Shown: in pieces, positions 9,343-19,863 of the stretch
Layout of the letters: each line of letters opens with the position of its first letter
How positions within the stretch are numbered: the stretch's first letter is position 1
From: Methanocella sp.
Lineage (GTDB): Archaea > Thermoproteota > Bathyarchaeia > Bathyarchaeales > Bathycorpusculaceae
NCBI GenBank assembly: GCA_050261115.1
Contig: JBLNCY010000010.1
Coordinates: 32,001-96,000 of the forward strand
Reading direction: 5' to 3'
Length of the DNA: 64,000 nucleotides
Notes under the pieces: generated by a model
The model's database searches: none
What the model was told of the DNA's origin: nothing
Seen by the model: the letters and a program-made list of their open reading frames with translations, nothing else
Program-made: the position numbers and the translations under genes

Positions 9343-10908
9343 TTGGGGCTGCTAGCTTTTCTGGTAGTCTTCGTAGTGGCGTCTACTTACATGCTTGGAT
9401 ACATGTCTGTGCAGTGGGATGAGATGCCCCACCTGTTTGGCGCCACGCTGCTTAGCCGCGGCCAATTCTGGGACTACATGACTACCTACGCGTATTATCC
9501 GCCTGTTTTTGATGCAGTTACAACCGGTTACTTCCTGCTTTTTGGAGTTAATGAAGTGGCGGGGCGACTGGTTGCGGTTACCTTTGCGTCGCTGGGCATT
9601 TGGCTGATATTCGAATTCACAAAACGCGTCTATGGCACCAAGCATGCGTTGGTGGCGGCGGTTCTGTTGGGTACCATGCCGGGAATTTTTTGGCTTAGTC
9701 GGGTCACTATGCTTGAGACTATGCTGATTTTCTTTTTTACGCTGGTTATTTTTGCGTTCTATATCTGGTTAAGCAACCCCCAAAGCAACCGGGCCTTAGT
9801 CTTTAGTGGTTTAGCACTTGCCATCGGCATATTGGCGAAGTACCAGATCGTCGTGGCGGGTTTAGCTATGCTGCTTAGCATCGTCTTTCTTTCCCGCAAG
9901 CACCTGGGAGCCAACCTTAAACGGTTCCTTATAATTGCCTTGGTAGTGCTTGTTGTCATAGCTCCTTGGTTCTACGCTATTTACCATTACAACGGCATGA
10001 CCAAATTCGAAACCATCCAATACGTCATGAGCGAAGGAGGCCAAGACCGACCCGCATACAGCAACCGTTTCCAACCCCTCCCCGTATTCTACATAACCGA
10101 AATGACTTGGCCCTTCAAAGACATCCCCGTGCATCCAGTGTCGCTACCGATTTTTATCTTAGGGCTAGCTGGGCTAGGTCTGTTTGCATACCGCCGAAGC
10201 CGGCAGGATATTTTTCTCCTAACTTGGTTTTTGGTTGTGTATGTATTCTTTACCCTTATAAGCAATCGACAGTGGCGTTATGTGACTCCGCTGTTTCCGA
10301 TTCTGGCGATTTCAGCCGCTTCGTTTATTATGTTCCTTTATGGTAAAGTCGAGCGTTGGCAGCCGCCTCCCATGCGGTTTAGGGCTGTGACAATTAAGAA
10401 GGTTGCCTCGGCGGCGTTTATTGCAGTTATCGTTGGCGCCATCGCTTACAGCGCATATAACGCCTATGAGATGACAGAACGCGACCAGATCCATATCCCC
10501 ATTAAAGAAGCCACCGTATACCTCTCAAACAATCTAAATACTAATCAGTCAGCTGTGCTTGTGTGCGCCTATAACTTGCTTAGCCAAGACATGTTCCGCT
10601 TCTACCTGCCAGCAAACATGTCAAGTAGCCAAATCTGGCAGTATCCCGCCAACGCCGTAGACGCCTTTACCCCTGACTTTGAAATTGACGAGTTTGTAGA
10701 GTTATGCCGTGAACGCAGCGTAAAATACATCATACTCTACGACTACGGTGTAAACACAGAATTCTTTAACACAACCCTTGACTACACCCAAATCAAAGCC
10801 ATGATAGCTCAATCAGGGCTTTTTGGCGACCCAGACGATCAACCGTTCTTTGGCGAGTACTACGGTTGGTATGGCTACCGCATCTTTCTGGTGCGCTTTT
10901 TAGGTTAG
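9343..10908 (+). CDS. GT39/PMT-ArnT-like (GT-C) membrane glycosyltransferase; true start possibly ATC at 9274
   Basis: QWDEMPH (DE motif), YYPPVF, GILAKY, WRYVTPLFP; about 12 TM helices. Confidence 0.85.
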   Translation: MGLLAFLVVFVVASTYMLGYMSVQWDEMPHLFGATLLSRGQFWDYMTTYAYYPPVFDAVTTGYFLLFGVNEVAGRLVAVTFASLGIWLIFEFTKRVYGTKHALVAAVLLGTMPGIFWLSRVTMLETMLIFFFTLVIFAFYIWLSNPQSNRALVFSGLALAIGILAKYQIVVAGLAMLLSIVFLSRKHLGANLKRFLIIALVVLVVIAPWFYAIYHYNGMTKFETIQYVMSEGGQDRPAYSNRFQPLPVFYITEMTWPFKDIPVHPVSLPIFILGLAGLGLFAYRRSRQDIFLLTWFLVVYVFFTLISNRQWRYVTPLFPILAISAASFIMFLYGKVERWQPPPMRFRAVTIKKVASAAFIAVIVGAIAYSAYNAYEMTERDQIHIPIKEATVYLSNNLNTNQSAVLVCAYNLLSQDMFRFYLPANMSSSQIWQYPANAVDAFTPDFEIDEFVELCRERSVKYIILYDYGVNTEFFNTTLDYTQIKAMIAQSGLFGDPDDQPFFGEYYGWYGYRIFLVRFLG

Positions 10909-11366
10909 CACTCTAGCATTTCAAACCCAGTTTCTTTGTCTTTTATGCGCTTTGCTGCGGTGCCGATTAATTCGAAGATGACTACTTCGCCTATCTGCCA
11001 GACCTGGACTCCTGCACGCATACATCCGGTGACGGCGTTTGCGACGGCGTCGTTTCTGCCAAAGCTTCCATGCATATGGAGTTTAGGTTGACCTGCCTCG
11101 TTTTCAAAAATTGTGCCGACACCTAGGCCCTCATGGACGCCTTTTAGTGCGGTAAGCATGATCTGGGGTGGCATGGTATTGCCGTCTTGGGGTCCAACGA
11201 CAAGTTTGGATTTGTCGTTTGCTCCGCCGAGGAAGAAGCACATGGCATGTTTGATCTGCTTTTCCTTAGCAAACGTCTCTATGACTTCATGAACTGTTTC
11301 GTTTTGGTGTAGCCTTAGGATAAAAATCCGGTTTAGGGTTGCTTCTGTATATTCCATGCAGGTCAT
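10905..11366 (-). CDS. PPC/DUF296 domain protein
   Basis: LRLHQNE, FLGG, GVGTIF, KLHMHGSFG motifs. Confidence 0.85.
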   Translation of the reverse strand: MTCMEYTEATLNRIFILRLHQNETVHEVIETFAKEKQIKHAMCFFLGGANDKSKLVVGPQDGNTMPPQIMLTALKGVHEGLGVGTIFENEAGQPKLHMHGSFGRNDAVANAVTGCMRAGVQVWQIGEVVIFELIGTAAKRIKDKETGFEMLEC

Positions 11367-11455
11367 CTCATGCTTAGAGGGATGAGAGCCAGCTATAAAA
11401 GATTAATATCGAGAATAAATGCCTTGAAAGGTCTTCTCTAAAAGACAGGTGCGCC

Positions 11456-11496
11456 AAAAAAAATATTTTTTTTTGCTAAACAAAAATAGAAAGGGG
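11456..11496 (-). terminator. Pyrimidine/oligo-T terminator after tuf (A8-TA-T9, potentially bidirectional)
   Basis: CCCCTTTCTATTTTTG and T-run on the minus strand just downstream of the tuf stop. Confidence 0.5.
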
Positions 11497-11497
11497 T

Positions 11498-12811
11498 TTA
11501 TGGACCCTTCTTGGTGACTTCTTTAACTGCGCCTGCTGCAACAGTTGTGCCCATGTCTCGGATTGCGAATCTGCCGAGTTCTGGGAAATCAGTGAATGCT
11601 TCGATAGCGATTGGGTGGAGTGGTTCCATGCGTACCCAAGCTGCGTCTCCAGTCTTTAGGAATCCTGGGTTCTCTTCTGATACTTGGCCTGTGCGTGGGT
11701 CAATCTTTTTGATTAGCTGTGTGAATTTGACTGCGATTTGGCCTGTGTGGTAGTGTAGGACTGGTGTGTAGCCTGCTGCGATTGCGGTTGGGTGGTAGAT
11801 TACGATGATTTGGCCAATGAATTCTTTTGCTACGGTTGGTGGGTTGTCGACTGGGCCTGCAACATCTCCGCGGTGGACATCAGTTTTTGCGATGCCTCTT
11901 ACGTTCATGCCGATGTTGTCGCCTGGTTCTGCTAGTGGGATGCTTGTGTGGTGCATTTCGATTGATTTGACTTCAGCGGTCTTGTTGGATGGCATGAAAA
12001 TTAGGTTTGTTCCTGGTTTGAGGGTGCCTGTTTCGACTCTGCCGACTGGAACCGTGCCGATACCAGTGATTGTGTAGACATCTTGGATTGGTACGCGGAG
12101 TGGTTTGTTTGTTGGTTTTGCTGGAACTTCAAGTAAGTCGAATGCTTCCATTAAAGTTGGGCCATTGTACCATGGCATGTTTTCGCTCTTCTTGAGGAGG
12201 TTGTCTCCTTTGATGCCTGAGACTGGTACGAAGTTGATTTTTTCTAGTTTATAGCCCACCATCTTGAGCATTCTTGAAATTTCGTTCTTCATTTCCTCAT
12301 AGCGTTCTTTGCTCCAGTTAACTGTGCTGTCGTCCATCTTGTTGATTGCAACAACTAACTGGCGGATGCCTAAGGTGAATGCTAAGAATGCGTGTTCGCG
12401 TGTTTGACCGCCTGCGCCAATACCTGCCTCGAACTCGCCTTTCTTGGCTGAGCTGAAGAGGACTGCTGCGTCGGCTTGGCTTGCGCCAGTGATCATGTTT
12501 TTGATAAAGTCTCTGTGGCCTGGCGCGTCGATAACGGTCATGTTGTATTTCTTGGTTGGGAATTGGAGGAATCGTAAGTCGATGGTGACACCGCGTTCAC
12601 GTTCTTCCTTTAGGTTGTCGAGAACCCAAGCGAAGTGGAAAGTGCCTTTGCCCAGTTGCTCTGCCTGCTGCTTGTAAGCATCGATGGTTCTTTGGTCGAT
12701 AACGCCTGCTAGGTACAGTAAGTGGCCGGTAGTGGTGGATTTACCGTTGTCAACGTGCCCCATGATGATGATGTTTAGGTGGGGTTTTCCTTCTTGTTTG
12801 CTCATTTTCAT
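11498..12811 (-). CDS. tuf: Translation elongation factor aEF-1alpha
   Basis: [55 protein letters not shown]. Confidence 0.98.
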   Translation of the reverse strand: MKMSKQEGKPHLNIIIMGHVDNGKSTTTGHLLYLAGVIDQRTIDAYKQQAEQLGKGTFHFAWVLDNLKEERERGVTIDLRFLQFPTKKYNMTVIDAPGHRDFIKNMITGASQADAAVLFSSAKKGEFEAGIGAGGQTREHAFLAFTLGIRQLVVAINKMDDSTVNWSKERYEEMKNEISRMLKMVGYKLEKINFVPVSGIKGDNLLKKSENMPWYNGPTLMEAFDLLEVPAKPTNKPLRVPIQDVYTITGIGTVPVGRVETGTLKPGTNLIFMPSNKTAEVKSIEMHHTSIPLAEPGDNIGMNVRGIAKTDVHRGDVAGPVDNPPTVAKEFIGQIIVIYHPTAIAAGYTPVLHYHTGQIAVKFTQLIKKIDPRTGQVSEENPGFLKTGDAAWVRMEPLHPIAIEAFTDFPELGRFAIRDMGTTVAAGAVKEVTKKGP

Positions 12812-13095
12812 TCCTTCTATTATTTTTACCTAAATATTGAAATTCGTTAACACATCAGTCCTCCAATTATTTTAAGTTTATGATAACGGTGTTCCGTTTA
12901 CTTACCGTTGACGCAAGCAAGAGAACCACCTCTTGATAACCCAAAACACCCCTTACGAAACTAAGAAATACAAAACCGCCCCCCAGAAAACCTAAACTCA
13001 TGTTTGCTCTTTGCTTCCACTCACTGCCTCAAATGTTGGCTGGCTGATATGTATTCGTTTAAAAACCGGTGCGTTGTAGTTGTGGCTAGGTCTGA

Positions 13096-13608
13096 TTACT
13101 GGATCGTTCCCATGCTTCTGTTTTTCTGCAGGCGTGTGAGAGGCAGATGCTTGTAGCCCTCTAAGAGGAGGAACACGGCATCAAACGGGATATAGATTGA
13201 AGCCGCCACCATCCAAGACGTTACTGCTTGGTGGTGAAGCCTAAGTTTAGGGTGAATATGCGTGTGTGCTGTGGGATGAGCCATAGATTGTAGTATTATG
13301 CTAAGTCTATTTGGTTGCCCATGAGGTAGCTTACTAAGCTATAGAAGGCGTCGTTCATTACGGTGTTAGTAGGCCTAAGCCGAGGGTGGGTTTTTAGGCT
13401 TTGGGGTTTACTATTGAGAGGAGGGCATAGGGCATGAATACATGAAGGTTAACCATAGGGTTAGCCGCTTATGGCGCCTCCGTTTGTGATTATGTCAATG
13501 TAGTTGATGAAAATTAAGCCGTAGAATACGGCGAAGAGACAGAGGGCGAGTGTTTTTTTGCTTCTACTTGCGGGTTATGTGGTGTTTGAGGGTTTGGTCT
13601 GTTGCCAA
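13096..13608 (-). pseudogene. Decayed multi-TM membrane protein gene
   Basis: Hydrophobic fragments (LALCLFAVFYGLIFINYIDII; LWLTFM; MNDAFYSLV; YYNLWLIP; SWMVAASIY) across shifting frames with stops at 13463, 13396, 13298. Confidence 0.6.
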
Positions 13609-13824
13609 CGGAGGGACGCAGTAGCTCTCAAGTGAACAATAATAAGGGTTGTCTATCAGTATACAGACTGCTTGAAGCATATGTTGAAGCGTTTTTAACT
13701 GAAAAGCGATTGTTTAAAACAAATAGGCGCTTAGTTAGTTAATTTATTGATGTTTGTTCGGTTTTTATTTATGTTTTGAGTAACATTATTAATAGCAGAT
13801 TCCGCTGTAACTTGGAGAAGGGAC

Positions 13825-16377
13825 ATGTTAACCGAAATAAAACTCGACGGCCTCTGGAGATTCAAAGGCTATACCGGCCTCAACGGCAAAGAACAAGGAG
13901 CCCACACCGCAGCTTGCCCCCTCGAAGGTTGGCTGCTTGCAGAAGCTCCCCTAACAGCCCATACCAATCTCATGGATCACAAGCTCATACCTGACCCCTT
14001 CAAGGGCTGTAACGAAAGGGAAGTCCAATGGGTAAGCGAAAACGAGTGGTGGTACCGCAAAGAAATCGAACTCACCGAAGAAGTCACAAGCAAAGACGCG
14101 GTGGAACTCTACTTTGGCGGCCTAGACACATTTGCCACTATATGGTTAAACGATGTCCAGATCGGCGAAGCCAACAACATGTTCACGCCTTGGCGCTTTA
14201 ACATAAAAAGCATCGTAAAGCCCGGGAAAAACATCTTGGCAATACGCTTTAGACCTGTCTGCAAAGTTGCCAGTGAACTCGAAGCCCAGCATAGGCACAA
14301 GTATGCCTGTCTAAGCGCCGAAAACTTTAGCGCACGCCCCTACGTTCGCAAGGCGCAGTACTCGTTTGGCTGGGATTGGGGCCCAACTTTACCGACGGCG
14401 GGGATATGGCGGCAGGCAAAAATCTATGCCTACAACAAGGCGCGGCTGGGCTATGTGGCGTCGACGCCGCTTGACGTTTCAGCGGAAAAGGCCACCGTTA
14501 AACTGACTGCAGAACTACACGCAGTAGCTGAAACCGAGCTATGCCTAAATTTCTTACTTAGCGGTTATGGGCAGCGTTTTGAGGATGAGGTTTTAGTGAA
14601 GGTTTCGCCAGGAAGAAACTTTGCCGAATGCACTTTTGAGGTGCCCAAGCCAAGGTTGTGGTGGCCCCGAGGCTACGGCGAGGCTGCACTCTATGACGCA
14701 AAAGTCGAAGTCTACAGCGAGGCCGAACTCTTAGATACTGCCGCTGTCAAGGTGGGGATTCGCTCCGTCAAACTTATCCAGGAGCCTGACGAGGAGGGCA
14801 AATCTTTCATTTTCCAAATCAACGGTCAAAACGTCTTCTGCAAAGGCGCCAACTGGATTCCTGCAGACTCTTTTCTGCCCAAAGTTAACTATCAACAATA
14901 CAACAAACTCCTAACCTACGCGGCAGAAGCTAACTTTAACATGCTGCGCGTCTGGGGCGGCGGAGTCTATGAAGCCGACGAATTCTACGATCTCTGTGAT
15001 GCGTTGGGGATTATGGTTTGGCAGGATTTCATGTATGTCTGCGCAGGGTACCCTGAAGAGGAATGGTTCCTAAGGGAAGCTGAGCGGGAAGCGATGGAAG
15101 CGATTTTGCGGTTACGAGGACACCCATGCATCGTTGTCTGGTGCGGCAATAACGAAAATCAATGGCTACATAACGTGCTCTGGCGGCAACGAGACAAAGT
15201 GGAGCGTCTCTACGGCTCAACCATCTATGAGTCACTACTGTCAAGAATATGCCAAAGCCTCGATCCCACAAGACCTTATCGCCCCAGCTCACCGTTTGGA
15301 GGCGAAGACGCCGCGGGTAGACATGAGGGGGATCGGCATAACTGGGAAGTCTGGAGCCAAGGCGTCGACTACCCAGGCTACTTAGCGGATAACGGCCGCT
15401 TTATCTCAGAGTTCGGTTGGCAAGCGCCCCCCACCATGGAGCTGCTCGAAGCATACCTAGCGCGGGAAGATTTGACGCCCTACTCCTATGCTTTCCGAGC
15501 CCATGAAAAACAAACCGGCGGCTTAGAGCTGATGCGGGCGCTGTTAGCGATTCATTATCCTGTGCCAGATGATCTGCGGCTCTTTGTACTCTACAGTCAA
15601 CTCAATCAAGGCGACGCGCTTAAAATGGCTGTCACCTATTGGCGTAGCCGCATGTTTAGAACCAGTGGATGCCTCATTTGGCAGCTTAACGATTGCTGGC
15701 CCGTGATTAGCTGGTCGCTAATCGACTATGGCTTAAACCCCAAAGCCGCATACTACTACGTCAAAAGAACCTGCCAACCAATAATCGCACCCATAATCGT
15801 CAAAGAAGGCCAAGCCCAAATCCACATAATCAACGAAACAAACACACCGCTAAGCGCAAGGCTAAAACTCCAAGTCATGACCTTCGGCGGTGAGGTCCTG
15901 TTTGATGAGGTGGTGGAGAAGCAGGTTCCAGCTTACACTTCAATGCTTGGCATAGCAAAGATGATGGATGATTTGCCTCTTAATAGCAATTACATACTTG
16001 TATCTACCCTGACGAACAAAGATGAAGTGCTCTATGTTGACTCAAGAACGGTTGCAGAGCCCAAGGCCCTAAAACTGCCCCCGTCCAAGGTTCAATCAAC
16101 GGTCAGTCAAGTTGACGATAAAACCTTTGAAGTAACGCTTACATCGGACATCTATGCCAAAGCCCTAAAACTAGACGCGGCTGACTTGAAAGCCAAGTGG
16201 AGCGACAACTTTTTTGATCTTCTACCCGCCCAGCCAAAAACCATAACCTGCCGCCTAGAGCAGGCTATTAGCCTTCAGCAGTTTGAGACAGCCTTGAAGT
16301 GGCAGTCGTACCCATACAAAGAAACAGAGCAAGCGACCCTAAAGCCCGCTACGGCTTCTTTAGCATCAAAACGTTAG
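13825..16377 (+). CDS. Beta-mannosidase, glycoside hydrolase family 2
   Basis: RKAQYSFGWDWGP, KGANWIP, NMLRVWGGG, WCGNNE (acid/base), RFISEFG (nucleophile), WQLNDCWP. Confidence 0.95.
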   Translation: MLTEIKLDGLWRFKGYTGLNGKEQGAHTAACPLEGWLLAEAPLTAHTNLMDHKLIPDPFKGCNEREVQWVSENEWWYRKEIELTEEVTSKDAVELYFGGLDTFATIWLNDVQIGEANNMFTPWRFNIKSIVKPGKNILAIRFRPVCKVASELEAQHRHKYACLSAENFSARPYVRKAQYSFGWDWGPTLPTAGIWRQAKIYAYNKARLGYVASTPLDVSAEKATVKLTAELHAVAETELCLNFLLSGYGQRFEDEVLVKVSPGRNFAECTFEVPKPRLWWPRGYGEAALYDAKVEVYSEAELLDTAAVKVGIRSVKLIQEPDEEGKSFIFQINGQNVFCKGANWIPADSFLPKVNYQQYNKLLTYAAEANFNMLRVWGGGVYEADEFYDLCDALGIMVWQDFMYVCAGYPEEEWFLREAEREAMEAILRLRGHPCIVVWCGNNENQWLHNVLWRQRDKVERLYGSTIYESLLSRICQSLDPTRPYRPSSPFGGEDAAGRHEGDRHNWEVWSQGVDYPGYLADNGRFISEFGWQAPPTMELLEAYLAREDLTPYSYAFRAHEKQTGGLELMRALLAIHYPVPDDLRLFVLYSQLNQGDALKMAVTYWRSRMFRTSGCLIWQLNDCWPVISWSLIDYGLNPKAAYYYVKRTCQPIIAPIIVKEGQAQIHIINETNTPLSARLKLQVMTFGGEVLFDEVVEKQVPAYTSMLGIAKMMDDLPLNSNYILVSTLTNKDEVLYVDSRTVAEPKALKLPPSKVQSTVSQVDDKTFEVTLTSDIYAKALKLDAADLKAKWSDNFFDLLPAQPKTITCRLEQAISLQQFETALKWQSYPYKETEQATLKPATASLASKR

Positions 16378-17428
16378 CTATTCCGCTTTTGAGCAGGGAT
16401 TTAGCTCCAATCCAATTTACCAGCGCATAACCCACCAATATTTGAGACCAAAAAGTCAGCAGGCGAACGATGGTTGTGGCTGCGGCGGCTGTAACTATTG
16501 GAACACCATAAACCGCGAAAAGGTTCACCATGGTGACTTCGACGGCGCCCACAGGGATACCGGCTGTGATGGTCTCCACTGTGGTAACTATACAGTATAC
16601 GGTGGCTAAGTTAACCAGCGATATAGCGGTGAAGTCCAGCGAGTAGAAAATCATCAAGTAAACAACCAAGTTAAATATCCAGGAGATTATGGCGTAGATT
16701 GTGGGTTTTATAAGTTGTCGGGGCTGTTTTTTGAAGGTTTTAAAAACGTCGCTAAAGGAATGCAGGCTATTGTGCAGCTTTGCTTCGATGGATTGTTGTT
16801 TCTCGGGGTTTTTTATGATTTTCTTGGCGGCCCACATTGTAGCGGTGACTAACTTGTCTGCTACGCTAGCCTTGAAGGCCACTGCGAACACGCATAGCAG
16901 CATGACGGCGGTGCCAGCAACTACCAGCACTACGGGCGTTACAAGGTAGAGCGGCAACTGGTTAGTAAAGAGCAGCAGCACAAACGCCACCAGCAGTCCC
17001 CCGGAGTACACGAAGGTGCTTATGATGCGGGAGCCAAGGACTGTTGCGGCAGCTATGCCCGTGTCGTTTTTGGTTTCTTTTTGGGCTAAGGCGATGCGGG
17101 CGACTTCTCCGCCGACTGTGGCAGCGGGGATTATGAGTTCTACAAAGTTGCCGATCCAGTTGTAGAGCACCAGCTTTCGAAGCTTTACTTTAACTGAAAG
17201 CGACTTTAGCAGTGAATCCCAGATTAATGAGTCAAAGATGACCGCGGCAAATAATGCTGCAACGGCTAACCCGATAAAGAGTGAGTATTGGTAGATGTTT
17301 ATTTGGCTTAAAAGCATGAATAAGCCGTCAAAGCCGACGAAAAGCCACAAGTAGAGGACAAACGCCACCAACCCTAACGTCATAAACCCAATGGTTTTTC
17401 GTCCAAGCAACCCCAGTCTAACTCTCAC
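16349..17428 (-). CDS. Lysylphosphatidylglycerol-synthase-TM / flippase-like (UPF0104) membrane protein
   Basis: GGEVAR, GAVEVTM, VRLLTFW motifs; start near GTG 17428/CTG 17416/TTG 17410 more plausible than 17602. Confidence 0.82.
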   Translation of the reverse strand: MRVRLGLLGRKTIGFMTLGLVAFVLYLWLFVGFDGLFMLLSQINIYQYSLFIGLAVAALFAAVIFDSLIWDSLLKSLSVKVKLRKLVLYNWIGNFVELIIPAATVGGEVARIALAQKETKNDTGIAAATVLGSRIISTFVYSGGLLVAFVLLLFTNQLPLYLVTPVVLVVAGTAVMLLCVFAVAFKASVADKLVTATMWAAKKIIKNPEKQQSIEAKLHNSLHSFSDVFKTFKKQPRQLIKPTIYAIISWIFNLVVYLMIFYSLDFTAISLVNLATVYCIVTTVETITAGIPVGAVEVTMVNLFAVYGVPIVTAAAATTIVRLLTFWSQILVGYALVNWIGAKSLLKSGIANVLMLKKP

Positions 17429-17717
17429 CTTCCCTTGTTTACTGCCGGTTAGCAGAAAAATCGCCGTCGTCGAGGATGGTTCGAGGCGTTTTTCTGGCTT
17501 AACTAAAAGGTACCTGTTCCCTAGTTTTCGATTACAGTTTGCATAGAAATTCATGTTTGAGTATTTATTAATCAAGTGGCAAGCAAAACAGGTTTCATCC
17601 AAGCATTATGTATTATTTAAGGTGGCAAGTTAGCGATAATGCAACATTGTGTGCTGGGATCGGTTTACCAAAAAATATAACTTCCTCACTACGCATTAGC
17701 TAGTTTGGGATTTTGTT

Positions 17718-18152
17718 TTGTCTTCAGATTCTAATATGCTCAAGAACTTATTACTCACTCTAAAAACTAAGTCGTTAACTTCTGAGAATGTTTTCAGGCG
17801 GGAAACAAAAGAAGTTGATGACATGTTTATGGATCTGCTTAGTGTGTTCCAGCGCTACTATGATAAGGCCCCTGACAGCGATAAGCAGCTCTTAAGAAGC
17901 ATGCAAGACCTCATCATTCTACTTTCTGAGCAAGTGCACACTTCCCATCACCAAGCAGAAAACGCATTGGCCGACTATAAAGTCTACATCACCGCATTGG
18001 AGGGCAGCTACAAGAGCATGGATGGCGACTTTGAGAAAACCGTAGCCCGCCCAGCAGAGGAAGAGGCAAAAGAGAAGGATCAAGAGGAAGAGGAACGCGC
18101 CAAAGCCATCGAGGAATACAGCAAACGCGCCAGACCCCGATTCTATGAATAA
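17718..18152 (+). CDS. Hypothetical helical protein
   Basis: 144-aa ORF, acidic coiled-coil C-terminus, AATATAA box upstream. Confidence 0.6.
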   Translation: MSSDSNMLKNLLLTLKTKSLTSENVFRRETKEVDDMFMDLLSVFQRYYDKAPDSDKQLLRSMQDLIILLSEQVHTSHHQAENALADYKVYITALEGSYKSMDGDFEKTVARPAEEEAKEKDQEEEERAKAIEEYSKRARPRFYE

Positions 18153-19001
18153 TCAGCCGCGTTCTACAAGTTCGACCGGGGTGCCGTCGGGGTCCGCGAC
18201 GAAGGCTACAGTCGTGTATTCGTTGAATTTGTAGGGTTCCTCTGTTATTGTTATGCCGTCTTTTTTCATGGCGGCGATGGTTCTGTTTATGTCTGGTACA
18301 TCAAAGCCAATGTGGTCAAAATGGCTTTTCTTGATTGTTGCTTGTTGGGCTTGTGGTTGGTTGCGGTGGTGGGTGAGTTCGAGGGTGCAGCCTTTGCCTT
18401 GCGGGTCCTGAAGGAAAGCAAGCTCGGCTTTGTCTAGGGTGATTCGGCGTTTGACTTGTAAACCGAAATATTTCTGGTAAAAGTCAATTGACCGCTGCAA
18501 ATCGCTTGCTGGGATGCTGACATGCAAAAACAACCCCGCCAAGACACCCTGAGTGGCGTTGTTGGCTGTTTTTGGTTGCCGTGGCTTTCGGGCTTGCTCA
18601 TCTAACGCTTTGTTTACTAGTGCGTCGGCCATGCTGATTTTAGGGTGCTCCCGCGGAACATTAACAAAGCCCACCTTTTTGAAGCCACCTTGTAAATCTT
18701 TGACTTGCACAAAGAGCTTATGGAGTTCCTCATTTCGCACGGCATATTGGCCTTTAAGTTGCCTTGCCACTAACTCGCTGTCAAGGTGACAGATGACTTC
18801 GGGCACCTTTAATTCCAATGCGTACTGGAGCGCCATGAGTAGCGCGTGGTATTCGGCTTGGTTGTTGGTGCGGATGCCTAGGTATTGCGAATCGGTCTTT
18901 AGTGTCACGCCTGCTTCGTTGGTGGCTATGAAGGCCGCGGCTGCGGGTCCGGGGTTTCCTCTTGCGCCGCCATCAGAATAAAGGAGTAGTTTCTGGATCA
19001 T
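18153..19001 (-). CDS. rnhA: Ribonuclease HI fused to C-terminal VOC/glyoxalase-I-like domain
   Basis: YSDGGARGNPG, TNNQAEY, HLDSELV, ADAL; then FLHVSI, TLELT, FDHIGF, FVADPDGTPVELVE. Confidence 0.88.
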   Translation of the reverse strand: MIQKLLLYSDGGARGNPGPAAAAFIATNEAGVTLKTDSQYLGIRTNNQAEYHALLMALQYALELKVPEVICHLDSELVARQLKGQYAVRNEELHKLFVQVKDLQGGFKKVGFVNVPREHPKISMADALVNKALDEQARKPRQPKTANNATQGVLAGLFLHVSIPASDLQRSIDFYQKYFGLQVKRRITLDKAELAFLQDPQGKGCTLELTHHRNQPQAQQATIKKSHFDHIGFDVPDINRTIAAMKKDGITITEEPYKFNEYTTVAFVADPDGTPVELVERG

Positions 19002-19141
19002 CTTTTGTGGTTCCCATCCACCTTTAGATGGAGCAGCCTATTTAAGCCCTATAGGCAATCGGTTGTTTGTGGTTGCTGGATTACAGTCACATTGTTTTAT
19101 GAGCAAAAACGCCTACCTGTTTTGGTCGAGAGGACTTCAAA

Positions 19142-19483
19142 TTGACAAGTAGCACTCAAGAGAAAGCTAAGCTGAAAGTTCACACACTTCAGCTCACACT
19201 GCTCAAGCACGCACATGAACATAGCAACATTAAGGGTCAACGAAGAGGTAAACTCGATATCGTCGCCGAGATTTTACTCTTCTGTGACCAGCAGAGAACA
19301 AAAACCAGCATAATGTACAACACCAACCTCAACTATAGCCAACTAAAAGGTCACATGAACTCCTTGATTGCACAAGGGTTACTTGCAAAACAAGCAAACA
19401 AGTACGTGACAACCACAAAAGGCTACCGCTTCCTGGAGCTGTTTGCGCAGTTAAACGATTTGATGGATGGCTTTACGCCTTAG
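19142..19483 (+). CDS. Winged-helix (HTH_45-like) transcriptional regulator
   Basis: RRGKLDIVAEIL, KTSIMYNTNLNY, YVTTTKG. Confidence 0.85.
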   Translation: MTSSTQEKAKLKVHTLQLTLLKHAHEHSNIKGQRRGKLDIVAEILLFCDQQRTKTSIMYNTNLNYSQLKGHMNSLIAQGLLAKQANKYVTTTKGYRFLELFAQLNDLMDGFTP

Positions 19484-19751
19484 ATGTCGCCTTTTGGTAG
19501 GCTGCTTTTAGTTCGCTGACGAAAGTATCCTCATCTTGGACTAGGCGCTGTTTTACTTTTCTCCATACAGCGGGGCAGTCGCTCTCTTCGCCGACGAGGC
19601 TTTGGATTATGCAGCCGATTTGTTTGCGGTTTTCTTTAGTTAGAGTAATGTCGGCTTTGGCTAATACAAGTCCCAAGTGACGCAGATAACAGGTCAAGTT
19701 TTCACCACCCCATCTATGCTTGTTGGGGTTTCTATAATTATCGATTGCCAT
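19473..19751 (-). CDS. Small hypothetical protein
   Basis: TCYLRHL...DCPAVWRKVK; start may be internal TTG. Confidence 0.6.
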   Translation of the reverse strand: MAIDNYRNPNKHRWGGENLTCYLRHLGLVLAKADITLTKENRKQIGCIIQSLVGEESDCPAVWRKVKQRLVQDEDTFVSELKAAYQKATSKA

Positions 19752-19790
19752 TTATGTTTGGCTTACACTTCTGCAGCAGTCTACCGCCTA

Positions 19791-19853
19791 TTTCAAGCGC
19801 TGGTTCAACCCGAGGTTGACTCTATATAAGAGGGGGTCTCAGTGAGAGCAACA
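19791..19853 (+). repeat. Dispersed intergenic repeat, copy 1
   Basis: TTTCAAG..TGGTTCAACC-CGA-GGTTGACTCTATATAAGAGGGGGTCTC...GAGAGCAACA. Confidence 0.75.
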
Positions 19854-19863
19854 TAAGAAAGCC

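Noticed and set aside
12880-12910. Hairpin AACGG-TGTT-CCGTT as a fluoride riboswitch
   Set aside because: Lacks the GAUGG/GCUGAUGAC pseudoknot consensus and a suitable downstream gene
17429-17602. Long N-terminal extensions in the ORF track (also 26359-26427, 49451-49570, 53047-53091, 58844-58948)
   Set aside because: They run through promoter/SD regions or overlap neighbours; family homology begins downstream
19791-19853. Dispersed repeat as an ORB replication-origin element
   Set aside because: No GTTCCAGTGGAAAC-like core, copies not clustered, no adjacent cdc6/orc1
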